From Octopus vulgaris (lineage: Eukaryota), in NCBI GenBank assembly GCA_951406725.2, contig OX597833.1, positions 38,750,001 to 38,814,000 of the forward strand: a DNA stretch of 64,000 nt, written 5' to 3'. Positions 39,092 through 51,728 of the stretch are shown one piece after another. The notes beneath the pieces are model-generated. The model saw only the letters and a program-made list of their open reading frames with translations. It did no database searches and was not told where the DNA came from. Both the position numbers and the translations under genes were made by a program. Position 1 is the stretch's first letter. Each line of letters begins with the position of its first letter.

Positions 39092-39690
39092 AAGAAGTCC
39101 GCTAGTGAACGTGATCTGGGTATTATTGTAAACAACGATCTGCGTTGGACAAACCACACATCTAAGATTGTCAAAAAGGCTGGGGGTGTTCTAGCATTAC
39201 CTAGTAAGACCTTTGTCAGCTGCTTTCCAGCAATCTATTTAAAACTGTATATGTCAATGATACGTCCACATTTAGATTTTGCATCTCCAGTCTGGAACCC
39301 CTATCTTGCTCAGCATATAAATCTCTTGGAAACTGTTCAGAAACGTGCAACAAAACGAATACCCGCCGTCAGGCATCTACCATACTCTGAATGTCTTGCT
39401 TCCTTGGGCATGGACGCATTAAAGCTCAGACGTCTGGCAATTGACTTGGTAGACACCAACCATCTTTCCAACAACAACCTTGGGCACCTTTTTGAATTCC
39501 ATGTCAGACACTCGTGGACATGCTTACAAAATCAAAAGAACAACACAGCACCCATGACTTTCGGAAACATTTTTTTCAAACTCAGAATTGTTGAAGCATG
39601 GAATAAACTACTCCTATCAGTCGTTAGCTGTCGAGACACTACAATCCTTCAAAACTCCCAGACTTCCTGAAATCCGTCAACAGTACACTT
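39092..39690 (+). mobile_element. 5'-truncated CR1/L2-like LINE, ORF2 C-terminal region
   Basis: In-frame ERDLGIIVNNDLRWTNH...LYMSMIRPHLDFASPVWNPY...LETVQKRATK...LKLRR...FFKLRIVEAWNKL, typical of the region after the RT domain in CR1/L2 elements. Confidence 0.92.
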
Positions 39691-40279
39691 GGTGGCTTTG
39701 TTTTTCTTGAGCACTGTTATACAATTTATTTAATATTATATATAACGATCCTTCGGTATTGGTATATAGCGGTGTCGGTATGAGGAGACGACGTCATTCA
39801 CTCTTTCTACAACCTAGCCTCTTTATGTCATACAGAGAGAGAGGGGTGATTAGGACTAGTGTCAAGCTATTAGCAGTGAAATGCAAAAAGACAGTGGTAT
39901 AGATGATCAAGGATAATTTCAAGAAAACAAAGACAAACAGTGGAGATGCGGGGAGTCCCAACGACAGCGGTATTCGCTCTGTTCCTTATCCTATCGATTT
40001 ACGGCTGGAAACCCCAGAAAAGGAAAAACCAGAAGAAAAAAAGCTAACATGTACGCACGCCGGCCCGTGTGTGTGTGTTCTTTGTAAGTATTTATCTGTT
40101 CGTGGTCGCATGAGAGCATGTGCTTTTGCGAGTAGACAGATGTGTGTATATTTAGGCGTGTGTGTGTGCTAACAGTATGGATGAGGGTTGTGGTCTTGTG
40201 ATCCAGTGTATGTGTGTGTGTGTGAGAGAGAGAGGGGGGGGGAGAAATAGAGAGAGAGACAGAGACTGTGCACGTGTGT

Positions 40280-40625
40280 GGTTGCGCACTCAAGGATCTG
40301 CGTGTATATGCGTATGGTGTTGTGTGTAACGTGCTTGCGAAACCGCGGCTAGCCGCATGCAAATTGCGCGCGAGTGCCAACAACGTCGACGCACAACCAC
40401 AACAAGCGAAAAAGCGGACGACGAAGACAAGGAAGAAAGAATAATCATAATATAAAAAGAAAAAAAAACAACAACTAAATAAAGCATCACCGGGGGGGGG
40501 GGGGTTAAAAGAAAAACGACACAACGCTAAACAACTACAAAAAAAAGCAAAGGAAAGAAAGTCACCAAGAGTGGCCAAGCTCACCGCACCACACTTCCAT
40601 ACGTAACTTGGGGATAACTCGTATG
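40280..40625. promoter_or_regulatory. CpG-dense unique element with octamer motif
   Basis: Among the densest CpG stretches in the window (ccgcggctagccgc, ttgcgcgcgag, cgtcgacg); ATGCAAAT at 40357-40364. Confidence 0.4.
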
Positions 40626-41489
40626 TATTCATTGGTAGTGATGAAAATAGACGGGAACTGAGATAAGGAAAGTTAATTCATTCACCGCAAGCACACACCA
40701 ACAGTAACGTTGGGCTACTTACTCTCTTTCTCTCTTTCACACGCACACAGAATCATTGGTTAATGAAAGCAAATGAATTTATTCTACGCCACCACTGTAC
40801 TTTCACTTTAAGGCTATACCATGTACGTGTAAAGAGAATTGTTATATAATTTGCAAACACACTGGCCTTCAGTTTTCAGCCTGCACTGGATTTCGACAGT
40901 GTATTTCTGAGTACACACACTCACATATATACCACATGTACATTCATAGCATAGTTTTGGCAACAGATTTCAGTTGAAATCTCGCGTTCAAACAGATATT
41001 GTAGAGAGTTTGACAGTCTTGTATGTTAATTGGCAAACTATCAAACATGCCCCAACCAAAATCATCTATCAATATATGTGTACACATATGTATGTGTGTG
41101 TGTATGTATGTATATGTACACACACACACATTACATATAGGCTAGTATTACTAAGAAGTTCGTTTTGCAACCACGTAGTTCCGGGTTCAATTGCAATGCG
41201 CAGAACCTTCAACTACGCCCCCGGATGAACCTCTCTTGTAAGTGAATTTGTTGAACTTTAACTGCGTGGAAACCCTCGTGTATGTTTATCTCTCACTAGT
41301 TGACAATCGATGCTGGATTATTTCTGTCCCCGTAAATTAGCGGTCCAGAAATTGATCGATCGAACAAGTACCAGTCTTGAAATAAGTACTCGGGTCCATT
41401 TAATCGACTAAAAACCCTGGTGGTCTAGTGTGGTTGCAGTCCTGTGACTGAATAAAATACTGTGTGTGTGTGTGTATGTATGTATATAG

Positions 41490-41730
41490 TGGAGGCTCGT
41501 GGCTTAGAGGCTAGGGTGTTGAACTCATGATCGTAAGGTTGTGGTTTCGATTCCTGGACCGGGCGATGCGTTGTGTTCTTGAGCAAACCACTTCATTTTC
41601 ACGTTGCTCCAGTCCACTCAGCTGGCAAAATTGAGTAATCCTGCGACGGACCGGCGTCCCGTCCAGGTGGGGAATTTCTACGCCATTAAAACCGGCCCTT
41701 ATGAGCCTGGCATGGCTCGAGAAGGAACAT
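41490..41730 (+). mobile_element. tRNA-derived SINE, family E variant
   Basis: Head and core shared with 9317-9647, then a different 3' part (cctgcgacggaccggcgtcccgtccagg...). Confidence 0.85.
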
Positions 41731-41993
41731 TTATTTATGTATGTATATAAACACATACGTACACACGCACACCTTTCTCATTGGTAAGTGCGTTTTCTCC
41801 ATATGCATAAAAGTAAATCTTTTCCCAAATAAGTTGCATTGCGTATTCGAATCTCCGATGACGCTGTAAGGTGTTACTCAGGCACTCAACTATGAGTCCA
41901 CCACATGTTATAGTGGAAACAACAGTAAGCTAATGAAGTCCATAAGATAATCGCTTATTTACCATCTCATTCACAGACAGACAGACAAATATC

Positions 41994-42112
41994 TTAACCC
42001 TTTGAGTCTTGACCTCCTGAATCTTATTTTACCTGGCACTCCACCGGTGATACGGTATAGAGAAAAATAACCCACCCACCAGTAAACCGGTGTTACAGGC
42101 TCAAAAGGTTAA
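41994..42112. mobile_element. Short TTAA-flanked MITE, family 3
   Basis: ttaaccctttgagtct ... aggctcaaaaggttaa inverted termini including TTAA. Confidence 0.7.
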
Positions 42113-42149
42113 GGCATGCTAAGTAACATGAAAATCACCTAGGTGACCA

Positions 42150-42565
42150 TACAATGCTGCAGGGTTAAGTTCGCTTGATCACCATGTGGTTTCGGGTTCA
42201 CTCAGGATTACAATACAAAACACTTGACTAAATGCGTTCAACTATACTTTTGGATCGACCAATGCCTTGCGAATGAAGCAAACTGGTAGACGACGGATAG
42301 TGTGGGAAGCCCGTCGCACACGTGCGTGTGTACGCGTAACACGCAAGCTTAAGCTTTTCTATGCGTCTACTTTTCCGCCATCATGCTTCAACCGCTGTGC
42401 TTTACGTCCCCGTAACCTAGCGGTTCGATAAATATAGTCTCTCGCTAAAATAAGCAAGAACCAAAACCAAGTCTTAAGAGAAGGAGAACTGGGTCGATAT
42501 GATCGGTTAGAACTTTTCATGAAGGCGGTACTCCGCCATGGCCACAGTCTTAATGACTGAAACAG
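42150..42565 (+). mobile_element. Old family B SINE retaining CpGs
   Basis: accaatgccttgcgaatg...gaagcccgtcg...tttacgtccccgtaacctagcggttcg...catggccacagtc. Confidence 0.75.
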
Positions 42566-44217
42566 GTTCACACACACACACACATTATATATTACTCTAA
42601 ATAATCTGAACCAATAATCTTAAAACATATCAATCGGGACCTACTACTACAACAACAACCACTACTACTACTGCTACTACTACTTTTACTAAACACCTTC
42701 TTCCTCCCATTATTAATATATCCAATGTAGATGGCCATGTTTCTCTTGTTCTTCCTGTTCTCGTTTTAATCTTTTATATTCTTAATTTTCCGTCCATTTG
42801 CTAATGGAATATGTTCCGAAAGTCGGTTTACGATTTATTAAATGAAATAAGCTGGGTGGTCCAACCGAAAAATAAAACGAATAAATAAATAAAAAAATCA
42901 GTGTTTTATAAATATACATCTTAACCTGCTCCGGCACCAATATTTCTTTCTCTCTCTTTCCCCCTCTCCGAATACTTTCTCACCCTTTCCACAACACAAC
43001 TACAGCCGCCTTTCTCCAAGTCCGTCCGCCTGACTGCATGGCCAACCCACACATCAACCACTCTCTCTCTCTCTCTGTCCGTCCGTCTATGTCTGCCCAT
43101 TAACCTAAAGATATCATTTTTGCTCATCGTTTTATTTTATTTTATTTTCAAACAGAACACTCTTCAAACATCCTTTAGCCTCTGTCCCCATACCTCATCC
43201 ATTAAGTGCAGAACTATCATCCAATATAAGATGGATTACTGTTCATTAGTTAGACAGTTGAACCAAACACCACACAAACACACACACTTCTTTCTAGCTG
43301 ACTGGAATCATTCTCAACGATTATTTCTGAGATACAGAGGAAAGAGAGAAACCATTTTTCAAGGGATTATGATTTCCAGAAGTCATATATTTTCGTGGGG
43401 TTTAAGGAGATCTAAATTAGTCATCTTTCTCCTCAAATAAAACCAACTTTTGACATTTTAAAGCCTTCTTCTAATTCTGTTCTTCCTTCCTCATCCTTTT
43501 CAATCTTTCATCTTGATTTAATAAGGAAAAACAATTATTTCCTTTTTATTCTAAAAATTTATTCACATCTACACATTACAACAAACTCATCCATAAGGCG
43601 TTTTGTGACCGAAAACATCAATGTCTACTAGTTAAAGTGACACTACAAACAGGCGGAATTCTGGCTTAAGCACCCCACATTAAACCCCTCATAACATTCT
43701 TCTTTTATGGAATTTTCACAAAAAGTTTGTGAATTTGTGTTCTTCACATGGAAATTCATACTATTATGAAAAACAAATTTAAGAACATTAAAATCCCCTC
43801 CACAAATCCGAAAATTTCCACTCTTTTTCAAATTTCTTCTTTAAAAATCAGAATATGGACAGTCTGAATAGTTTGTTTAAATCTCAGTAATGGAGCATCT
43901 TTGAGTGCATCAGCATTCCATTAAATGTGTTTATGGAGAGAAAAATATTGAAAAACATCAATACATGTCAGAGTGACAATAAAATAAGGAAGGTATCAGG
44001 TGGTCGTGAGATGTGTCAAAAACCACTACTAAATCATCCTTAAACAGCATAGAAAAAAGTTTTCTTTTTCTTTTTCATATTTGTAAGAATTCCTGTGTGT
44101 AGAACAAAAATTTGCAAAAAATTTTCTAAAAATTCCCCAAAATTAAAAATTTAAGAGAAGTTATATAGGGAACAAAAACCAGAATTCTGCCTACAAGCCA
44201 AGTTAGGTTACCAATGT

Positions 44218-44644
<427 letters not shown>

Positions 44645-46470
44645 GAAGTGGGGTTGAAGAAAGAATTGAGAAATAAAGTCCCTGGTGGATTTTATAAGCA
44701 ACAAAAAGTATTGAAGTGACAAATCCCCACACACAACAACCAATTTCATGATCTTAGACTGAAACAATTAGCCAAGTGTCATCAGTTTCATCCTCTATTA
44801 ATTTGATATCAGCATTAAACATACAAAATCAATTTTCTTTGCAAGAGTTGATCGAGGTTGGTTGTGTCTTGAAGATTAGCTCCCCACCCCGTCTCTTTTG
44901 TCTCTTTAGATTATTATCGACATCTTTGCCTTAATTTCTTTGGAAACCTTCCAAATTATACCCAACAGTCCAATAATTATTACATTTGTTCGTTTAAACA
45001 AAATGTTATAAGCAGGGATGGCAATTTTCAATTCGATACGTTTAAATATTTCAGTGTGAAATTTGAAAATTAAAAGCAGAAATAGAAACAACTATTTAGA
45101 TTTAAGACCTTTCACATTTTTTCACCTCAATTTCCGATTTAATTTTTAAAATTTTCTTTTTCTTTTGCATTCTAAGTTGAAATCAATTTCTATAGCAATT
45201 GAAGTTTCTTTATGTAATTATCATTATTATTATTAATGTTTTAGCAATTCAAAATTGGCCTCTTTCATATATATATATATTATATATATATATACATACA
45301 TACACACACATACATATTTTATACCTCACATTTGTGTAAAATAGCATCCTTGGTTATAGGTTTCCAACAAACTAATCACTGGCTCACTTAATTGAGTTCA
45401 AATTTTAATTTGTTCTTAAAGTTTATTTTATTTTTCCCTTCACATTTCAATTTAAATAAAAGAAACATCAATCTTAGCAGTTGGATAGTTCATTTCCCTG
45501 GAGTCAATAACATAACAGTAATAATAAATGTATATTTATTATCAGTAGTGGACGAAGATCGGTTAAAGGAAACTCAATGATGGAATTTATAACAATAAAA
45601 GTGATGTATACGAATGAGCAAAACTTCCACCTTATTTGGGGCCAAACATGCACACAACACACAATTCCAGGCAAATTATCATTCCAGCATTTCTAAAGTA
45701 CAGACAGCCAGAAAGATGTATGGCATTCCTTTACACCAAACCTCCACTCCACCTCCAACACACTACACCTGTTTATGCACATGAATTGTACACTCAATAT
45801 TACTCATTTGGTTATATAAAGATGATGATGATGATGATGATGATGTTGATGAAAGATGCAGCTGTCATATATGATGATACATGTTATTAATTCCAGCTAC
45901 TGAAGCGTCCAGTCTCCGAGTTATGAATGAATATTAAACCTGAATTTGTCCTGTCTAGTCTGCATACAGTGAAAAATGCCATGTATATTTATAGTTTTTG
46001 TATTTCTTTCAACAGATTCCATCAGCACTATTGATATCACCAGCTGACTGACAGAGAGTAATGTTGAAACCCCTAACCACTACCACCACCATCCTCCACT
46101 TTCTTTTTTTTTATCATGAATCTCATCAATAACAACAACAAATGGCTGAGTACAGGTGGTGATGATCACTTAGCCTTGTTTCCTCAAGAGACATTTAGCA
46201 CCTTTGATTTTCCTTATGATCATAAAAACAAACCAAAACAAAATTTTTAAATAAAAGAAACCATTTGCTCTAAAAACAGAATTGTACAGAATTTAAACTA
46301 ATATAACAAGATCACAAACAATATAGTTTTTTTTTTTTAATATTTAATAATAAAAAGTTATGCATATTAGAGTATGACCCACACATTTAAAGTAGTGCTT
46401 CTCAAACATTCTGGATTCTGTTCCTTCACCCAATACTGTCAGGTTTCTTCCTCTTCTGACTCTACTACTA

Positions 46471-46507
<37 letters not shown>

Positions 46508-47076
46508 AATGGGCTCTTCTTTCTCTGGACTCATTGACTTACATACATTCACCAATCTTCTTGTCTTCCAACTCAAATACATTGGAAAGGGAGTCACTCC
46601 TGGAGCAGGTATGAAAAGGCGCATTTTTTCCTTCCTTGCCCCACTTTTCTATATGCCTTTTAGTTGAAGTGTGGCACTTGGAATCTCTTATTTCACTATT
46701 TCACCTGTTTCACCACAGTGAAGCTGGTTGATCTTTGCAGTACTGTGGAGAAGTCTTAGACACAAGAAGACAGTGTAACCACACAACAAAATCTCTAAAT
46801 TTGTGATCTAAATGAAATGGAAACTGAACAGATAAGATGCTGAACTACTAACCAAAACCATCCCAAAATGAGAAGCATTATCATCTGTCATCTTGTAGAT
46901 GAGGCACTTTATTATCGTTTCATGCCAGACTAACTAAAAGTATATATTTTTAAATGTATCAGAGAATCCTACCAAGAATTTGTAAAAACCATACAACACA
47001 ACATATATTATTAGACCATTTCGAAATAATCCACAATCAATAAAACACTGAACAAAAGCAAAAACAATTTTTAACT

Positions 47077-47079
<3 letters not shown>

Positions 47080-47108
<29 letters not shown>

Positions 47109-47280
47109 TTAACATCCACTTTCTATGCTGGCATGGGTTGGATGGTTTGACCGAAGCCTGTCAAGCCAGTGGGCTGCACCATGCTCTAATCTGATCTGGC
47201 AAGGTTTCTACAGCTGGATGCCCTTCCTAATGCCAACCACTCCAAGAGTGTAGTGGGTGCTTTTTATGTGCCACCAGCAC
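47080..47280 (-). mobile_element. Family D SINE 3' part
   Basis: (CAT)n followed by the reverse complement of the family D tail. Confidence 0.85.
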
Positions 47281-48348
47281 ACTACTTAAAAATAATTCAA
47301 GGTGATTTTTCGTTAGGTATGTCATTCAGAAAGTCCTGTGGGCTGCAGTTTGCCCATGACTAGTATATTTGCAAGAATTGTTGTCTTACAATTAATTGGA
47401 TGTCCTTCTTACTGTTAACCATTCAAGCATGAAGTAGTGCTAGAGCTGAAGTAAAACTGAGTTACATGTTTTTTTTCAGGGCACCCCACAAGATTTGAAT
47501 TAATTACCACGTTGTTAGTTGAGAACCTTAACCTCAAAGCCAATGTTCCATCACATGAGTTTCCTTCCCAGCCCATATGTCTGAACATTCATGCATATAA
47601 GAGATATCAATACTGTTTAGAACCACTGAAGTGAATTGTTGTATAGTGGAACTGTACACCCCTCCCAGTAAAAAGTGGTAGTAGCCAGTCAATATAAATA
47701 GACCAGTAGCTGGTTGACAAGAGAAGATCAGAAGTTTGAGAGTACATGTAAACTGTGTGGACAGTTGTGTCTGTGCTGATATAGTAATTATACTGTGATA
47801 CTGAGGGGACATCATAATGATCTAAATTGTTGAGTATAATAACACTGTATGACTGGGGGCCATACAGTACCAGATAGAACATTTCTATCGATGATGTTGG
47901 AAATATAACAATATCTGTCAGAGTGACAATCGTTGTCAAAAAGACAGATACAACGGTGGCAAAAGACCGCTTTATAACATGAATATTAATTAATATATAA
48001 TTAGTTCACTAATTGATTAGTTTACTAACTTGTTCTAATTTCAAATACAGGTACAACACCGACTTTCTCAACACCGAAGGTCCAGGACCTCTAATAATCA
48101 GCACCAATTTATAAGTAACAACTTCAAATTCTCACATCTGCCAGACTAGTTTACTAGTACCTTGCACGGTACAGCATTAATAATCTTGTATCATTTATAC
48201 TAATGTGCAACTATCTGTATTTCAATCAATAATTCAAGTAAATCTAGTAGTTCCTTTATTTTGAGTATGCTGACCAAGATGACTGCCCTGGTTCGGAAAA
48301 AAAAAATCAGCATTCCAGGAAGGGTTTGGAGTCAAAAGTTCCAGAAAA

Positions 48349-48563
48349 TTAATCCTTTAGCATTCGGATTTCTCTATCAAATGTAATGCTTATTTATTCA
48401 TGTTGTTTTGAATTAACAATGCATTATCTTGCAGCTTTGAGATTTTGATGATGTGACCGTTTATTTTTAGAATGACAATGTAGGGTAAGTATAAAATGTT
48501 GGATTTAGTCAATTTTAACATAAAATAAGCCAGATGTGTCTGGTTTAAATACTAAAGGGTTAA
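48349..48563. mobile_element. TTAA MITE, family 1 (opposite orientation)
   Basis: ttaatcctttagcattc ... aatactaaagggttaa. Confidence 0.8.
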
Positions 48564-50022
48564 TGTTGTACTTGTACTGAATTTAAATGGCACCAATAAA
48601 ATAAGTATCAACAATGCAAGGACAACCATCCACGTGAAGAATGTTCCACACACTGCTTCTGTACTATAATGTTCTTATAATTAAGATATTCAACTCTCAA
48701 CAATCCAGTTCATAATGGTGTCACACAATGAACCAGCACACACTTCTAAGCAGTGACAATACTGCAAGCTTGTTTCAATAGGCTTGCAATGTTGGATCAA
48801 ATTCTTTCAAAGAGAAATTTACCCAATACACAGGCAAGAATTTATCTTTCATCTACTTAGCATCACAGAAACTCAGCTAACCTCAGTTGCACAAATTATG
48901 AAACAACTAACTTCAACATGAGGAGGTTAATTAAACAATTCAATAAAACATGTTCTTCACATCTCTCTTCAAACAAACAATACACACACTCATACAATCA
49001 TATATACACACAAATACATGCAATCACACACACACACAATCAGCGATATATATAAATACACACATACAATCAAACACACATGCAATCAAATACACACATA
49101 GACACATGCAATCAAATACACACACAAACACATGCAAATAGACATATACATCAACACACACATACATGCAATCCCCCTCCACACACACAAACATACAATA
49201 ACACACATACATGCAATCACACACACAGTTGACCTTGTGACCAGTCAAAAGAAGAAGTCCATATGGTTTTCATATGAAAGAGAAATAAGTAGAATCTGAA
49301 TAAAATCTGTTTCTTGTTCAAATGTAAATCCATCTTTTTTCTTATACTAACAAAATGAAAATTGATAAATTAAATTACTATAGGAAAATCTGAAATACTC
49401 TGTCTGTCGATTAACAATTATGTAAAAAGAACATAAAAATAATGATAAACACATGATAAAGCAACTATTGATAATCATGAAGACATCTGCCAAAAACATT
49501 GAAAGACTCATTTGAAATGTTACATAAAGTCTTTACCACGTCAGATCAATAGTTTCCAATAAACATTTAATCAATCTAAAAAGATTAGAAATCCATTCAA
49601 GTTCTACACATGCCATGATTTCTGGATCTTGTCTAACATGTGTGTGTGTGTGTGTGTGTGTGAAGAGCAGCCTGTTAATACAAATTATTATTATTGTAAT
49701 AGAGTTTGATATCAGTGGGTGTGATTAAAACGCACAAAGATTTAATGCCTCCCCTTCAGCAAAATGAAAACTAAACGCAGATGTTCTCAAAAGTCCCAAT
49801 AGAATGCTTTATTAGAGGCGGCAGTTTAATCCGGTTTTGTTGCTTCAAGTGGACATTACGTTGCTGTTGTCATCATCGTCATCATTTAACATCCATGTTC
49901 CATGCTAGCATGAGTTGGAGGTTTTACAAGGATTAAATGAGTCAAGGACTGTGCTGTATTTGAGTGTATGCTTCAGTGTGGTTTCTACAGCTGGATGCCC
50001 TTCCAAATTCTAAAAACATTAC

Positions 50023-50297
50023 AGCCGGCAGGGGATGGTGGTGATCCCTGCTGTACTCTTTCACCACAACTTTCTCTCACTCTTACTTCCTGTTTCTGTT
50101 GTACCTGTATTTCAAAGGGCCGGCCTTGTCACTCTCTGTGTCACGCTGAATATCCCCGAGAACTACGTTAAGGGTACACGTGTCTGTGGAGTGCTCAGCC
50201 ACTTACACGTTAATTTCATGAGCAGGCTGTTCCGTTGATTCGGATCAACCGGAACCCTCATCGTCGTAACCGACGGAGTGCTTCCATCCAATTCCAT
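50023..50297 (+). mobile_element. Family C body with an alternative 3' tail, inserted in a family D relic
   Basis: ccggcaggggatggtggtgatccctgctgtactctttc matches family C, then diverges; 3' stem-loop gttccgttgat-tcgg-atcaaccggaac (50229-50255). Confidence 0.8.
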
Positions 50298-51249
50298 CCA
50301 CAGTGTATACTGGGTGCATTTGTTTTGCACTATTAAGGTCACCATGTAGCTCACAAGTCAACAAATCCAGGGATTGAGGATGCCGTCTCCATATGCTAGG
50401 CGGGGGTTAATATACGAGGGAAGAAGTTGGAGTAGAGCAGGTTCTTGTTGTAACAAGCTACATGGTTACTTACATTCAGGAGAGAGAGAGCAAGAATGAA
50501 TTAGAAATATCTCCAAGAGGATGGAAGTGGTGATGAGGTGTCCAGGTAGCACCTCAAGGAGCAGGAGGGAGGAATGGGGGTTTGCAAGAGTATGAGGGGA
50601 GGAAGAGATAACAGAAGAGGGTGGTAGGCAACAACCATAAGGATTGAGGGGAGGGAGTGTACGAGTTGGGGAGGCTACAAGGATACTAGCAGTATGGTAG
50701 TAACATTACTGTTGACAGGAGGAGAAGGGAGAAGGTTATGACGCATGTTTGGGTAGGCTGCAGGAGCAGAGCAGAGAGATAAGACAGGTATAATGCATGA
50801 GAAGAGATAATTTGGTGGTCCAAGGAAGGGGAAGGCCAGAGTAACATGTGGTTGTGGAGAAAAATATTAATGGATAAAGAATGGCTAACAAGTGAGATGA
50901 TTCTACAGAGCAAGAGAGAAAAATGAAATTAGGATAGAAGCAGGGGAGCTGCATTGAATGATGTGTGTGTGCGTGTGTGTGGGGGGGCAAAACGAGGGGA
51001 GAATACACACACACATACATATATATCATCATCCTCATCAATTAACGTCTGTTTTACATGCTAGCATGGTTTGGACAGTTTGACAGGAGCTGACCAGTTG
51101 AAGGACTGTTCAGAGCCCCTGTCTGTTTTGACATGGTTTCTATAGCTGGATGTCCTTCCTATACATACACACACTCTACTCACATACACATGTATACACA
51201 AAAATCTATAACACACACACATACATATATGTATACACACATGCTCATA

Positions 51250-51291
<42 letters not shown>

Positions 51292-51412
51292 ATATATCCC
51301 CATGCAGTAATTCTAGAAGTCAAGTTTCATCTTGGTGGGTGGGCTTTCATAAAAACCTTATATTACCAGATATCCTGGTCCTTTGTCATTTTCTCTGTGA
51401 GGGTCAAGGTCC

Positions 51413-51467
<55 letters not shown>

Positions 51468-51605
51468 CAGAGATGTACTTGCATAGCAAGTGACCTGATC
51501 TGAGATAGTGTGCTGGAACGAAAACAATTGCAGCATGGAAGGTGTTTATAAGCCATTTAAGAAACACACAAAAATTGTTTGATTCACTTCAACATTTAAA
51601 TTTAA

Positions 51606-51656
51606 TTTGCCAAAATATTTTCGTCACTTTGAGACCGCGATCTGTTCACTGACAAA
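51606..51656 (-). ncRNA. Minimal hammerhead-like motif with G3-C8 core variant (left arm)
   Basis: UUUGUCA-GUGAACA-GAUCGC GGUCUCAAA GUGAC-GAA-AAUAUU-U-UGGCAAA: 7-bp stem I, stem II, palindromic AAUAUU stem III. Confidence 0.55.
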
Positions 51657-51676
51657 ATTCCATGCTGCATCAGAAT

Positions 51677-51728
51677 TCTGTTAGTGAACAGGTCGATGGT
51701 CTCAAAGTGACGAAAATATTTTGGCAAA
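51677..51728 (+). ncRNA. Minimal hammerhead-like motif with G3-C8 core variant (right arm)
   Basis: UCUGUUA-GUGAACA(51684-90)-GGUCGAU GGUCUCAAA GUGAC-GAA-AAUAUU(51715-20)-U-UGGCAAA. Confidence 0.5.

Noticed and set aside
39251-39670. 139-aa ORF as a host gene
   Set aside because: It is a CR1/L2-like LINE ORF2 C-terminal fragment.
39903-40172. Hydrophilic 89-aa ORF (MIKDNFKK...)
   Set aside because: No recognisable homology or splice donor, and it runs into (TG)n.
45871-45943. C/D snoRNA-like ATGATGA...CTGA
   Set aside because: It adjoins a (GAT)n tract, has no convincing terminal stem, and the rRNA-like TAATTCCAGCT is sense rather than antisense.
46432-46444. AATACTGTCAGGT resembling the 5' part of miR-8
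   Set aside because: Only 13 nt match, the 3' half differs and there is no flanking hairpin.
46374-46667. Poly-Thr/Ala and antisense poly-Ala/Val ORFs
   Set aside because: Driven by a (CTA)n(CTG)n tract; no domain recognised.
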